Positions 13,757 through 26,193 of a stretch of 64,000 bases of DNA are shown here, in pieces. The first letter of the stretch is position 1, and every line of letters begins with the position of its first letter. The notes beneath the pieces are model-generated. The model searched no databases and was not told the DNA's origin. It saw nothing but the letters and a program-made list of their open reading frames with translations. The stretch covers positions 137,020,001-137,084,000 of the forward strand of contig JAGIQG010000002.1 of the NCBI GenBank assembly GCA_024679065.1, read 5' to 3'. The position numbers and the translations under genes are program-made. The DNA is from Sphyrna mokarran (taxonomy: Eukaryota).

Positions 13757-13852
13757 CTCTCCCAAAGGCTTTAATGTTACAATATTGTAGGTGGCTGGAT
13801 CACGTTCTACTAAACAAGTTTCTGTAAGCGCTAATACTCTCTTTACTGGATC
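13757..13852 (-). CDS. DNAJC13: DNAJC13 coding exon (putative exon 8)
   Basis: [32 protein letters not shown]. tag/gtttgt, 96 nt. Confidence 0.95.
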
Positions 13853-14076
13853 CTAAGGAAAAAAACGAATGTAGGCAGAAATTAAACAATTGTATTTCCC
13901 ATGCAAGCAAGCAAGGAAATGATATTTGTTGCTCTTAGCAATGATTCTAAAATTGCAAGCTGGAGAAGCGAGTCTACAGATCTAGGCTGAAGAATACCTA
14001 TACTTCAATAATACTTCTGAGCTGATAACATTGATTATAAACAATTGCTCAACTGATGTATTAAAAAATAACTTAC

Positions 14077-14283
14077 CTGATGCCTATTTGCAATTTTCTG
14101 CACAATGAATTCTGCTAGCGAGGTAATAGATTCATCGTTGCTGTACTTTCCAAAGCGGTGATTCTGGTACAAATCAAACTCAAACGGTTCTTTCCGGATG
14201 CGCAGAGAGATACCGATAAAATTGCCTGCATGATCAATTGCACTTTTGATGATCTCTTCCTTTTGCTCAGATGCAAAAAGGTG
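14077..14283 (-). CDS. DNAJC13: DNAJC13 coding exon (putative exon 7)
   Basis: [36 protein letters not shown]...[17 protein letters not shown]. cag/gtaagt, 207 nt. Confidence 0.97.
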
Positions 14284-14379
14284 CTGGAATTTCAACAAGA
14301 AACACTGATCAATAAGCAATTAACTATACAGCAAACTAGAGTGCATCAATAACTTACAATCCTATAATTTAAATGGCCA

Positions 14380-16400
14380 GGGACAATTCATAAGGTAAAA
14401 TGTGACACCAAGCTACACATGATATAAAAGGATGGGCGATTTAAGTTTTAGTCACAATGATAACTTTTACGATACACCTTAAAAAAAGAGGAAAATAGAG
14501 GGGGAGATACTTTAGGAAGGAAATTCCAGGATTTGGGGTCTAGACAACTGAGGATACTGTCACTAATGAAAGGACACATCAGACACACCAGAAAAGAGGA
14601 GGCTCCTGAAAGTCTGCAGAATTGAGGTTATAGATGGGGTCAAGATCACTGAAGGATTGGAAAATTAGGATGAGTGTTTTAAATTTGAAGCCTTGCTAGA
14701 CCACTAATTAATTTAGGTCAGTAACACAAGTGTTAGAGGACAAGAATTGGTCTAGGTTAGGGCACAGCTAGAGTTTTCGATATGCTCAGCTTTATGCCTT
14801 TGTCTCCAAACTAGACTATTCCAATGCTTGCAAAGACATGAATGACAGTTTCAGCAGCTGATGGGCTGAAAAAAGGGATGAATGTAGGTGATATACAGGG
14901 GAGGAAAGGAGGGGTCTTCATCATGGAGAGAATAGAGCGTGGAGAGCCTAGTTCAGGGTCAAGGAAGTGATGAGCCTGGCTTCAGATAGTGACCAGTCAA
15001 TGACTATGGAGTTGGTGTGGGCCCAAATTACTGGCTTTGGACTTCCTAATTCACAAGAAGGCAACGTGAATGTCGGACAATTAGCATGACAAATCAAAGG
15101 CAGCGAAGTGGTCAGGAGAGATAGAGTTTCAGCATATGTACAATCTGATCTTGCCAAGAGGCAGCACGTAATTATACAATAGGAGGTTCTCAAGGATGGA
15201 TCCACATGTGACTCCAGTGAAATGGAAGAATACATTCTCTGGCCATGAATGGGGCGTTGATAAGAATGGAATCACGAGCACTGTCCCACTTAACTGGCCA
15301 ACAGACAAGAATAGTGTGATAAATCATGCCAAAAGTTGGGTGCAGCACAGTGCACAGTACCAAGCATTACTGCCTCACAGCACCATGGACGTGAGTTACA
15401 TTCCAGCCTTAGGTGACTGTCTATGTGGAGTTTGCATGTCCTCACATCACTTGCGTGAGTTTCCTTCAGGTGCCCTTGTTTCCCCTCAGTCCAAAGACGT
15501 GGTTAAGTGGATTGGCCATGCTAAATTGCTCCTTTGTCTCCAGGGATGTTTAAATGAGGTGGATTAGCAATGGTAAATATGCAGGTTACGAAGATAGGTG
15601 GGCCTGGGTAAAATAACTAACCAGGATGGTAGGACTGGGCAAGATACTTTTTCGAAGAGTCAGTGCAGACTCAAAGGCCGAATAACCTCCTTCTGCATTT
15701 GTAGGGGTTCTATGCTTCTAAAGTCTGCAGATTGATCATAAACAATAAGAGGGTCAGTGTGCCACTTGACTATGATAAAAGGTTGTTCTAGTATTGCCGG
15801 AGGGATGGAAACCTGTGGAACTGACGTGAGTCATATAGAAACTGGGCACTAATTTAGTGGGGCAACAAAATGATTGCCAGGAAAGGAAGGTAAAATGTGG
15901 ACGGCAGATACGAAGGGAGGGAGACACAAAAGAAAGGAAACTACTTACTATATTAATAGAGATGCTAGGAAGCGAAACTGCATGGTCAGCAATTCAGAAA
16001 CATTTGGAAATGACAGTAGGCACTTTCGTGGACAAAATGAGCTTAGAGAGTGCACTAGAGAAAGACAAGTGTGAAACTAGAGAGTGGAGAAGCCAGAAAG
16101 AAAGCAATGAAATGCCTTGGGGAATAGTGATTTGATGAACTGAGAAAAGGGAGGGATGCAGCAGAAGCAGCTGAAGGGATAATCTCAATTTTAAAGTCAT
16201 CCATGAGACTCACTTGATGTTTTAGCTGAAGGTGGGGACGAGAGGGAGTTAAGACTGTAGTTAGGGTGAAAGAGAACCAAGAGTGTTAAAAGCATCCTAG
16301 GATGATCCTAAGTAATGAGCAGCTTAGATAGGGGAGCAGGATCAAACATTTTTGCGGCCCAGCCAGAACAGGCAATGAATGGCAAAACCAAATTGTTCAT
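14380..16400 (-). mobile_element. Old L2-like LINE relic interrupted by an HE1 SINE
   Basis: Purine-rich degenerate L2 antisense pattern (aggaaattccagga...ggatgagtgttttaaatttgaag). Confidence 0.5.
15340..15713 (+). mobile_element. HE1/V-SINE
   Basis: Head, V-domain, gattggccatgctaaattg, CR1-type tail. Confidence 0.85.
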
Positions 16401-17054
16401 CATAAATATACACAGTAGTATGCCCCTTGGAATTCAACAAGTGGAGATGAAGCCATAGCAAGTGAAACAACTAAAGTTGAGAGAGGATAAGGTATAACTG
16501 GGGACAAAGACTGGAGGTGAGAATACAAACCGAACAGACTAGTGACTACAGAAATATTGAGCTGAGTGAAATGTCACAGGACAGATAGCTGGAAATTTGA
16601 AAAGTTTGTTGTAAGCAACTTGGAAGATTATTTCCCACAGAAGACCCAGGAGGAAATGGGGAAGGGATACAGGAAGTAATCAGATGCAGCCTGATCTGTG
16701 ATTGAGAATGGAGAGAATACAAAATGATAAAATCAAGCATGAATATGACTAGGAGAATTTATACAGAGGAAGTCATTCAAGGGAGAACAAGAGTGAACTC
16801 AGAACAGGACGGCAGAGGCTATTTGAGATTGAAATTGACATCATGGAAGTTAAAAATTCAAACCAATAAACAGTGTATGCTCCAAGTCATCAGAAACTCA
16901 GCCAATTATTAGATGTGCAGAATTTTCATTTCCAGAATTATATTAAAATTGTCCCAAAAAAGCAAACATTTCATTGTTAAAGAAACCACTTCTCCAAATA
17001 GGATTAGATTATTTAATTTATAACTACTACTGTAAAACCAAAAAAAAAACTTAC

Positions 17055-17255
17055 CAATCGACTAAATCCTCCATGAATTATACAAAACCCTCCCTGATAA
17101 TCAGACAGCTCCGCAAACCCTTCAATGTTTTTGTAATCATAGGAACAGAGAATTTTATTGGTCGAAGGATCAATCTGATCTATCCCACCAGGTGTAACTT
17201 CAAGGACCACAGACTTTCTAGTATCAGTCCAATGATGCTTGTAACAGTTATAACG
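17055..17255 (-). CDS. DNAJC13: DNAJC13 coding exon (putative exon 6)
   Basis: [47 protein letters not shown]...GGFSRL. tag/gtaagt, 201 nt. Confidence 0.97.
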
Positions 17256-18856
17256 CTATGGAAAGAAAGGAGAAATCAAAGTATCACTGGAAAATGTTGA
17301 TCAGTGTTAGATGTCAAACTCCAACCCCTAAAAAATTGTGCCAATGTTTAGATCTGAAATGTTGATTGTTAAATTTCCATTCTCAAGTCAAGTATATTTA
17401 ACCAAAACTACAGGAGAGCTTTAAATTGGCTGCTATGGAAAGCAGACACAAAACTAATAAAATAGCCACTTATGATTATTTGTATTGGGAGAGAAGAATA
17501 TTGGAAAAGATTGGAATGTTTTTCCATCTTTAACTCAATCTGGGAATGATTAGAATGTTAGATAGCTTCTACATTGATTTAGTGAATATGTAAATGCAGT
17601 ATAAATCCAGAAAGTGCTCTTAAACTCCCATAAGTCACAGTCACTCCACTGAGGCCTACTCAACAAAACAAACCATATAGGCAAATATAACGCGTGGCAC
17701 AACATGGTATATGCAATGCTGCTGCAAGTTTCAAAAGAAATCAAAGCACCAACTTGCATGTAGCCAGATTAACTAATGGTATAACAGTAAATGTTCAATA
17801 CACCACATATACACCTGCAGGGCGTGCAACTGCCCAATACCTAAACTGCACCTGTAACAATTCCATTTTGCACACATCCATCTTTATTTACTCAGAGCTC
17901 AGTGTCAATTTGTAAGCAGTTCTGCCATGTGAATTAGACTGTAAAGAAATGAATCATCAATATGAATGAAGGCATGCAGTCCAGTCTTTTCACAGCACCA
18001 ACGAGCCAATCTAAGATCCAGACAAAATGAAACAGCTGCATCCAATGCACTGCATTTCCTCAAAAACACAGGTGATATCAGCCAGTAGTATTGGAGACCA
18101 TGACAGAATGTGGGAGAAGAGAGACATCAACATTTATGGTAGTTATTTAATTACAGGTATTAACAGAGCTACTTTGTATTTCCAGGATTCATCATCACTG
18201 TCGGAACCATCATTTCCAATTAAATATTTGGCCTGAACTCGTGCGACCTCCACCTCAGTGGTGGTGGAGCCTTGATTGCTGGAACAGGTAACTCCAAGCA
18301 CTTGATTGAGTAAGATGAAAAAAACACTGCCCCAAACACTTGAAGCGGAACAATGTGCACCATTATGGGAGGGAAATGGCATTAAGTAAACTGGTCATTC
18401 AGAAAGCCAGTGTGAACATGAATCAAATGGCCACTTTCTGCACTATAATAATTCTGAAATTCCATGAATACGAAGAGGTGCTCTTATTTGCTCTGGTATA
18501 GGATTAGGCAAAAGTACTTTAACAAATTGCTTCATAGTTTTGTGTTTGCCTTGCACAAAGATAATCAACATAAAAACAGAAAAGACGCTCAATTTTTAGC
18601 AGATTTAGCAGCATCAATGGAGAGAGAAACAAATCTAACATTTTCAGCTGAACATGACTCTTACAAAATAAAAAACACAAATTTCAATTCAGCTTAAACA
18701 GTGTAAAAGACCCAACACTTCAGAAGCAGAAACTCTAATGTGAAAGGGGGTTATGATTTTGTTCGTGGTATTTTACAACAATGCTCAGCTATACTTATGA
18801 CATTAAAAATTCACAGCAGGTTAAGATTTATGAACGAGACCATATCTGGAACTAAC

Positions 18857-18898
18857 CTTTCCAGTGATTTTCCCCTCCGAAAATTCAGTTCTGAAGCG
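18857..18898 (-). CDS. DNAJC13: DNAJC13 coding exon (putative exon 5)
   Basis: RFRTEFSEGKITGK. tag/gttagt, 42 nt. Confidence 0.93.
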
Positions 18899-19059
18899 CT
18901 ATACAATGAAAATAATGTTGAATAAGTTGTTTAGCAAAATAAATAGACAATTTTTCTACCATGACTAAATAAAATATCAGCACCAATATGTTAATCAATG
19001 GTTAACATTTATTAGCTCAGCAAGTTTATTGTGAGAGAGCAGACAGATCCCACATTTTA

Positions 19060-19250
19060 CCAGCAGGTCTGACAGCACTTATGAAGGCAAAAACAGTTAA
19101 TGTTTTAGGTTGATGGGAAGGGTTCTAATGAAAGGTCATCAACCTAAACATTAATGCTGTTTCTTGCTCCAGAAATACTACTAGGCCAGCTGAGCATTGC
19201 AGCACTCGCTTTTTAAATTCAGATTTCCAGTATCTGCTGTATTTTGTTTC
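19060..19250. mobile_element. Ancient Penelope-related inverted-repeat element with degenerate hammerhead core
   Basis: Inverted arms 19097-19115 and 19137-19154. Degenerate CTAATGA-AAGGT-CATCA-ACCT-AAA-CATT. Related fragments near 18575, 32800, 41935 and 42415. Confidence 0.5.
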
Positions 19251-19495
19251 AGTCCCAAATCTGACCCCAGGTCTGTGCCAAATAAACTGATCAGTGGTTG
19301 GGCACGGCAATTGGCATTAGCATCTGGCACAGCATGAGGAAAGAAAAACAAACAGAGCTCCTATTTCTGATCACTAATCCTGTGACCTCTCCTGGGAATC
19401 CACATTTGTAGTTCAAGAGCAAAAAAAGGATCATGCTTCATGGTAATAACTGGCTGATACTCTAGCTACTTTTGTAGATACCATGAGACTAACCT
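19250..19495 (+). mobile_element. LF-SINE-like ancient SINE relic
   Basis: caattggcattagc...ctcctatttctgatcactaatcctgtgacctctcctgggaa...ggatc resembles the recalled LF-SINE consensus. Confidence 0.5.
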
Positions 19496-19974
19496 TTACA
19501 TAGGTCTGCAGTCCAGTCTCTAGTATTGAATGCATCCTCAGAGTAAGATTATTTATTAATATTCTTCTTCCCTTCCCCCACCCCCCCAAACTCTACATAC
19601 GTTTTCAAAGTAGAGCAGCTTTAAAAGAGATTTATTGCAAGTCAGTTCCAAGAGACTCTTCAATCAGACAATAAAGCCTGATAAATGACAATCTTTTATA
19701 ACCTTTTACCGTCCCAAGAGCAAGCTTTTGGCCTTGTGAACAGATCAGCAGTAGCCATGGCCAAATCTTCCAAAGTTATTGGCTATTTGCATACTCATCT
19801 AGACTTAACCTAATTCTTCCAACAGTTTTTTTTAATTGAAGCACTGAAATTTGTATTAGAAATGTACTGTAATTAATGACATGTGAATACAGCTGCTGTT
19901 CAAATGAAGCCTCAAACCATTAATTAGTTACAGTTTAAGATTCATTAGTATCATTGGTGCTAAGCAACATGCGC

Positions 19975-20290
19975 CCTGAGCGTACAATCTTGGCTGATCC
20001 TCAAGTGCAGTACTCAGGGAATGCTGCATTATCAGAGGCAGAATCTTTTGAATCAGATGTTAAATTCAAGCCCCATCTTCCTGCTCAGGAATGATATTAA
20101 AGATCCCCTGGCACTTTTCAAAGTCCGAGAATTTGTCTCCATCTCAGTAGTTGCACGCTTGTCTTCAAACAGCTGTGGGTTCTAAAGAATGGAATGTGAA
20201 ATCTGACGCTTCATTGCATCACTGTGGGAGTGCTGCACTGTCAGAGATTCTATCTTTTGAACAAAACTCTAAATGAAGGATCTGTCCGTT
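19975..20290 (+). mobile_element. Deu-domain SINE (SacSINE1-like) fragments
   Basis: ggctgatcctcaagtgcagtactcagggaatgctgcattatcagaggc...aaagatcccctggcact. A second partial copy starts at ~20215 (gggagtgctgcactgtcagag). Confidence 0.7.
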
Positions 20291-20367
20291 CTCATACATT
20301 GATATAATCTTCGCAACTAGCAATTGTTGCATTAGTTTAGTAGGAAATTCCTTAGCCTTCACTTTTA

Positions 20368-20675
20368 GAATTCTCCAGTGCAGGTGGTGGCCATTCAGCC
20401 CATTGAGGCTGCATTGACCACAATTCCATCCAAGACTAATCCCCATAAACCCATGCATTCACCTTAGCTAAACCACCTGACACTAAAAGGGCAATTTACC
20501 ATGGCCAATCCACCTAACCCGCATATTTTTGGACTTGGAAGGGAGCACCCGAAGGAAACCCACACAAATGCAGAGAATATGCAAACTCTGCACAAAGTGA
20601 TCTAAACTGGGAACTGAACCCAGGTCCCTGGCGCTGTGAGGCAGTAGTGCTAACCACTCTGCCACCATGCTGCTC
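20368..20675 (-). mobile_element. HE1/V-SINE
   Basis: Reverse complement of the head (ggcgctgtgaggcagtagtgctaaccactctgccaccatgctgc) and of the tail. Confidence 0.85.
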
Positions 20676-20890
20676 CTATTAGATTTAGGGTAACCTTTTT
20701 TCCTTTGTTCTTCCACTATAAATGCAAGACAAAATACTTCAAAAATGGTTTCATTAACATAACATTTGCAACGAACATTAGAATGTTTTGGGACTGGGGA
20801 ACAAAGGTTTGAAACAGACTTTTTCACCTTTGACACCCAAGTTGAATAGACGAAAGTTTTAAATAGATGTAACTTTATGTCTTTGAAATA

Positions 20891-21181
20891 GGGCTGTACG
20901 ATGGCACAATGGTTAGCACTGATGCCTCACAGCACCAGGGACTCTGATTCAATTCCAGTCTTGGGCGAGTATGGACTTTTCACATTCTGAGTCTGCACGG
21001 GTTTCCTTCCACAGTCCAAAGACGTGAGAGTTAGTTTGGCCTTGCTAAATTGCCCCCTACTGTTAGGGGGATTAGCAGGGGAAGTTCGTGGAGTTATAGG
21101 GAAAGAGCCTAGGTGGAATTGTTGTCGGTATAGACTCGATGGGCCAAACGGCCTCCTTCTGCACTGTAGGGATTCTATGAT
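20891..21181 (+). mobile_element. HE1/V-SINE
   Basis: Full head, and tail gggccaaacggcctccttctgcactgtagggattctatg. Confidence 0.85.
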
Positions 21182-21620
21182 CCTAACTAATACCAGTTGT
21201 GCCTGATGAGCACAAATGCCAATTATAAATCTGCCTTCATCTTATTTTGAACCTTTTAAACTTGCATCTGTTGTGAACTCACTAAAAATGAGGTTGGGAT
21301 TAATGCCACAGTACAAGCAGTGAGCAACCAGCTACTGATTTGCTTGCATGTGAATACACAATGATCAATTTAATGCAGACTGCAAATTACTGCAGACATC
21401 TGGTTAAGAAAAAAATTGCCAAGACAAAACTAATTAACTGGTTACTAGAAGCATTTCCTGACACGAGTTCCGAATTTGCTTTTTACCAGTTTGCATCCAC
21501 TGTCCCATATCGTTTCATCATAGGTTAATTGTGAACTAGCGCTGAGGATGAATCTTTTCTATTTGGCATCTTACAAATCTGCAAGATCCCCTGTCCTTTC
21601 TGATTCTGGACTCAAATTGT

Positions 21621-21877
21621 AGTAAGACATCTCACAACACCAGGTTAAAATACAACAGGTTTATTTGGTAGCAAAAGCTACTAGCTTTCAGGTCTCTGAT
21701 TCTTTGTCAGATGAGTGGAGAATTCTGATCAGAACTCTCCACTCACCTGACAAAAAGTAAGGGACTGAAAGTTAGTGGCTTTTGCTACTAAATAAACCTA
21801 TTGGACTTTAACCTGATGCTGAGAGACTTCTTACTGTGTTTACCCCAATCCAACACCAGCATCTCCATATCATGTCT
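21621..21877. mobile_element. Palindromic Penelope pLTR-derived mini-element with a hammerhead-like motif in each arm and a 10-bp TSD
   Basis: Arms 21621-21728 and 21729-21835 are reverse complements around ttctgatcagaa. Flanked by CTCAAATTGT at 21611-20 and 21878-87. Homologous to the terminus of the GIY-YIG element at 51975. Confidence 0.85.
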
Positions 21878-22137
21878 CTCAAATTGTCTCAGAGAAGGCA
21901 TACTCACTATGCAAAAAAACTGCTAACATCTTTCCACAAAAGATCGGAATGAGGCCAACAGGAAGAATGGGCAACATGATATGCCCTTTTGAAGCAGAAA
22001 TGCTTTCTGAGTAGGCAACTTAGTTTACTTGTATTCTACAGAAAGTACAATTAATTCTAATAGTGATCAAGTCAACCTAAAGCATTTTATATACAATTTA
22101 CCAACATTTCAGCCTTTGGGGAAATTGACATATTTTC

Positions 22138-22338
22138 ACTAATCCCTCTGACAACAGAGGGACAATTTGGCATGGCCAATCAACTAACCCACATTTTTGG
22201 ACTGTGGGCGGAAACAGTACCTGGAGGAAACCCACTCAGACATGGAGAACGTTCAAACTTTACCCAGTGACCAGAGGCTGGAATTGAACCTGAGTCCCTG
22301 ACACAATGGGCAGCAATGCTAACCACTGTGCCAGCCAC
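22138..22338 (-). mobile_element. HE1/V-SINE
   Basis: Reverse-complement head and V-domain. Confidence 0.8.
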
Positions 22339-23552
22339 AGTTAAGAGGCAATTAGTTAAATACACAAGGGAAAAAGGAATAGAAGGTTATCCAACTATGT
22401 TTAGATAAAGAGGGGTAGGAGGATGCATAAATAGACCAGCAGGGCCACTATTGATCCAGCAAAAGTCACTACCTCCTCTCTCCTGGTTTTATATGACCTT
22501 CAACATACATGCTCTTCAGTTGAATCGATTCTTCACACTCTTGGCTTTTTGCCATACAGTTCTGATATTCCATCCTTTAAATACTTTCTGGACTCATTCA
22601 TCAGCCCTGCACCTCCCCTGCTTACCCCACCTTCAAACCTGTGTTGAACCAGAGCATCAGTTTTTTGATGTTGCAAGCTGATTCCACACGATCAATGGCA
22701 ACTTGATCTGATTATATAATCTATAACTTTAGATTTCCTGCTGATATCTGTCCGATATTCCCTGTTTATTACCAGGGCTTATCTATTCTAATATTATGTA
22801 ACCATTCCTATGTAATCTGATTTTGCGCATCCATTTATCTGTGTATTCTAGCTGTTGCTTCAAACCCAGAGTCCACCACCTCCGTTGCCATCTTCTCTCA
22901 CCATTGTATCCTTCACTTTCACCCTCTCAGACACCAGGCTCCCACAAATCTCTACCCCAATCTTGGGCATGCCGCTCCCACAAATCCCTATGGCATTCTC
23001 AGAGGCCCTGCCCCCATAAATCCCTAAGCCAAACTATCACGCTATCCAGCCCCAAGCCCTGAAATTCCTTCTCTAGACTCCTCTCCCAATGATACTCCTT
23101 TAAACATTCCTGACTTGGGCTTCATTTCACCTGTGCCAACATTTTTTTTTATATGGCTCATTGTCAGATTATTTGATAACATGAAGTGCTCTGGTACATT
23201 GCCCTATACAAATGCAAACAAAACATCTGAACAAAATTTTACATGTTTATTAGAAAGGCAGCTAGACATAAAGCTTCAAGTGATGGCTCTAGAGATGCTC
23301 TATTATTGGTTAATGGCGCTAAATATCATCTTATTCTTAATGGAAATGAAAAACCCAGGTGAAGAAATCACCACCGCCAGTGGTAAATATAGTACAAAAG
23401 AACGCAAACAATATCAGATTAAGCAACATAATTCTGGATTTTAAAATCAGGAGGATTGCAAGAATTAGTATTATTTGTCTAGGTCTAAGACAGCTGAGAA
23501 AGAATGTATACAATACAGGAATTCAGGCTTTTGCTTCTGACTTTGAAATGAC

Positions 23553-23810
23553 AGCAGTGGTTAGCACTGCTGTTTCACAGTGCCAGAGACCCCGATTCAA
23601 TTCTGGCCTTGGGTGACTGGCTGTGTGGAGTTTGCACGTTCTCCCATTGCCTGTGTGGGTTTCCTCTGGGTGCTTTGGTTTCCACCTACAGTCCAAAGAT
23701 GCATCAGGTTAGATGTATTGGCTGTGGGGGGAATGAGGCCTGGGTGGGACTGTTGTCAATGCAGACTTGGTGGGCAGAATGGCCTTCTTCCGCTATTCAA
23801 TGATTCTAGA
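23553..23810 (+). mobile_element. HE1/V-SINE
   Basis: cagtggttagcactgctgtttcacagtgccagagacc... with a CR1-type tail. Confidence 0.85.
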
Positions 23811-25885
23811 ATACTGATACAGGTGGTTTCCTTGCAGTTAAACAGTGGATTATCGTGCATTCTACTGTTACTTCAAAATTGCTTTTGCTCAATTATCCAT
23901 TTTGACAGAAGACATTGTAAAGCAATGCATAGGAACACAAAAAAGAAAGCAACTAAATGCTAAACGAACGCACTATACAACATTTGCAACACCACTTCCT
24001 CAGCAATTGCATAAAATTCAATGTCATGATAATAAAGTTATCAATCTTCTCAGCTTCGGGGAAAAATCTACCTGAAATCAGTGACCCCACTAGCAACTCA
24101 GAAGGGATGCTTCACATGACATCAATTTGAGCATGTGTGTCTGCACCACAGCAAATCAACAGCACAAAGGCACCAACAATATCCAACTGCATGTGTCCCT
24201 GTCATTGAATGCTAAATGGAACAACATGGTTGGGCTAGGGGAAAATGAACCTGATTCTCTGACTTTGGAGAAGTAGCATCAACATTTTCCCCACACAGTA
24301 TCAACAATTTCCATTCCAACACAATGAAAAAAGATTCAAACCTCATGTGTCAGCAATCACAACAGGCATGCTCATGCTCAAGAAGGTTCACTGCTTTGGT
24401 ATTGGCTGTTCATACGGAATCCTCTACTTTCAACTGCAGCTTCTATTTCTGCAATAACCTTTTAATTTCTTCTGCCTCATGGAAATCAGGTCAGGAGTCA
24501 GGGAGGGTAATTTGTAATAATGTGAGATACTTATCCCCTCTGATCCCACCCAGACCTTGAGCTGCAGGTGCTCAGACATCTATAAAGAAGAAAGTACAAT
24601 TTTTTGAGTATCTAGCTCAGCTCCCAATCTAACAGCAATATTTTTTGGAAGTGAGAGTCAGGAAGCCGTGATTGAATGCCTGTCAATGCAGATCTGTAAG
24701 GAGCAGCATCATGGATCACAAGGGGCAAAGCAACCAAGTTAGAAAATATACAGTTTTAAGTTTCCTTACAAGTTAGCTGGTGTAAGCATGTCCATGCAGC
24801 CCTCAGTCTCAGGCCAGACGCAGTCCCACATCCCTGCAAGTGCCAGCCACTCCCCTCTAACAACCTCAACTAACAGCCAGTGACTACTGTCGCTACAGCT
24901 CCCTTCTGTAAGATTCTCATTAGATAGAATTCCTATTCATCTGACGCCAAGAGCTTACAGCGTTTTCTTTATCAATGGGTGTATTCTGACAAACCTCTGA
25001 CGCAGTCACAGACAGACACCTAATTCAAAAAGTCAATGCACCAATAAATCTAGTTTAACCATTCAATTAAGAGGCCCAATTATTTAGAAGGTCTTGGACT
25101 GTTTTTCCCCCACTTGTGACAATGACCAAAAACATTCATCTCTCGGAATCACTGTGAAATGAAACTTGTAGCATCTTCAAAAGAAATGGCATTCCTCCAA
25201 AACTGGACAGCTTTAAGCACTTTAAATGACCTAAAGATTGTGTGGGCTTCTGCTGATAATTAAAGCTCTCCAAGGTCATTCCCAAACACACCTTTCTATA
25301 GAATGTTTGTGTATGCAGGCGTAGAGACTCCTTAAACTGAAGTTGGAAGTTAAATTAACATGCAAAGACTATTTCTCTGTAATGCAGATTATTACAGGAA
25401 ATTTTAGGCAAACCTCAATAAAAAGAACAGTCTTGCCCCTCTTTGTAAATGTTTGCAGCTTCTAACTACAGAATATCTTAGTATCAACAAGATCTTTTCC
25501 ATTTCTAACCTCATTATCCTTAAGGACTGAACAATTTCAAGCAAAAGATTCTCTCAATGACAAGGCCAGCTGAACAGGTAATATCAGAACCAACTTAAAT
25601 AGACACTTCATGCCGTCAAGAGATTTTTGACCCCATTGATCTTGCCTGCTTCAAGTAGCAATTTTAGATAGGTTTTAATCTATTGTACACTTTCCTGCTC
25701 CATGCCCCAAACAGCAGGCGTAAGTGCAATTGCATCTAAACCACCCCCCTCACGACTAAAATAACCTTGACAACTTAAGTCACACCAGCTAGGAGGTGAA
25801 ACAAACAACATTTAATAATTTTGCTGAATTAAGTATAGCTATGTTATTTGGTTTACTGCTGCACAGAAGCTCAAGAAAGACTTAC

Positions 25886-26035
25886 CAATGCCTCAGTTAG
25901 TAACTCTGTTCTATGCTCAGTTGAAAATTTCAGGGTTTCGGATTTTTTCCCACTTCCTTTACGAAAGGTTAAGTTGAATTCTGTTCCTTGGCCTTTCCCA
26001 ACAGGACCAATGCTGCAGATATCCCCATAAGGCCA
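25886..26035 (-). CDS. DNAJC13: DNAJC13 coding exon (putative exon 4)
   Basis: [50 protein letters not shown]. tag/gtaagt, 150 nt. Confidence 0.97.
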
Positions 26036-26102
26036 CTACAAGGAAAGGGAGTTTACCACAATTAGAAAAACATTCTCCAGATTCTGAATCAACTTAAGTA
26101 AT

Positions 26103-26193
26103 GCACAATAAGAAGTCTCACAACACTAGGTTAAAGTCCGACAGGTTTATTTGGAATCATGAGCTTTCAGAGCGCTGCTCCTTCATCAAGTGA
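26103..26193 (-). mobile_element. Solo Penelope pLTR fragment with minimal hammerhead motif
   Basis: Minus strand TCAC-TTGATGA-A-GGAGC-AGC-GCTCT-GAAA-GCTC-ATGA followed by AAATAAACCTG. Confidence 0.75.
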
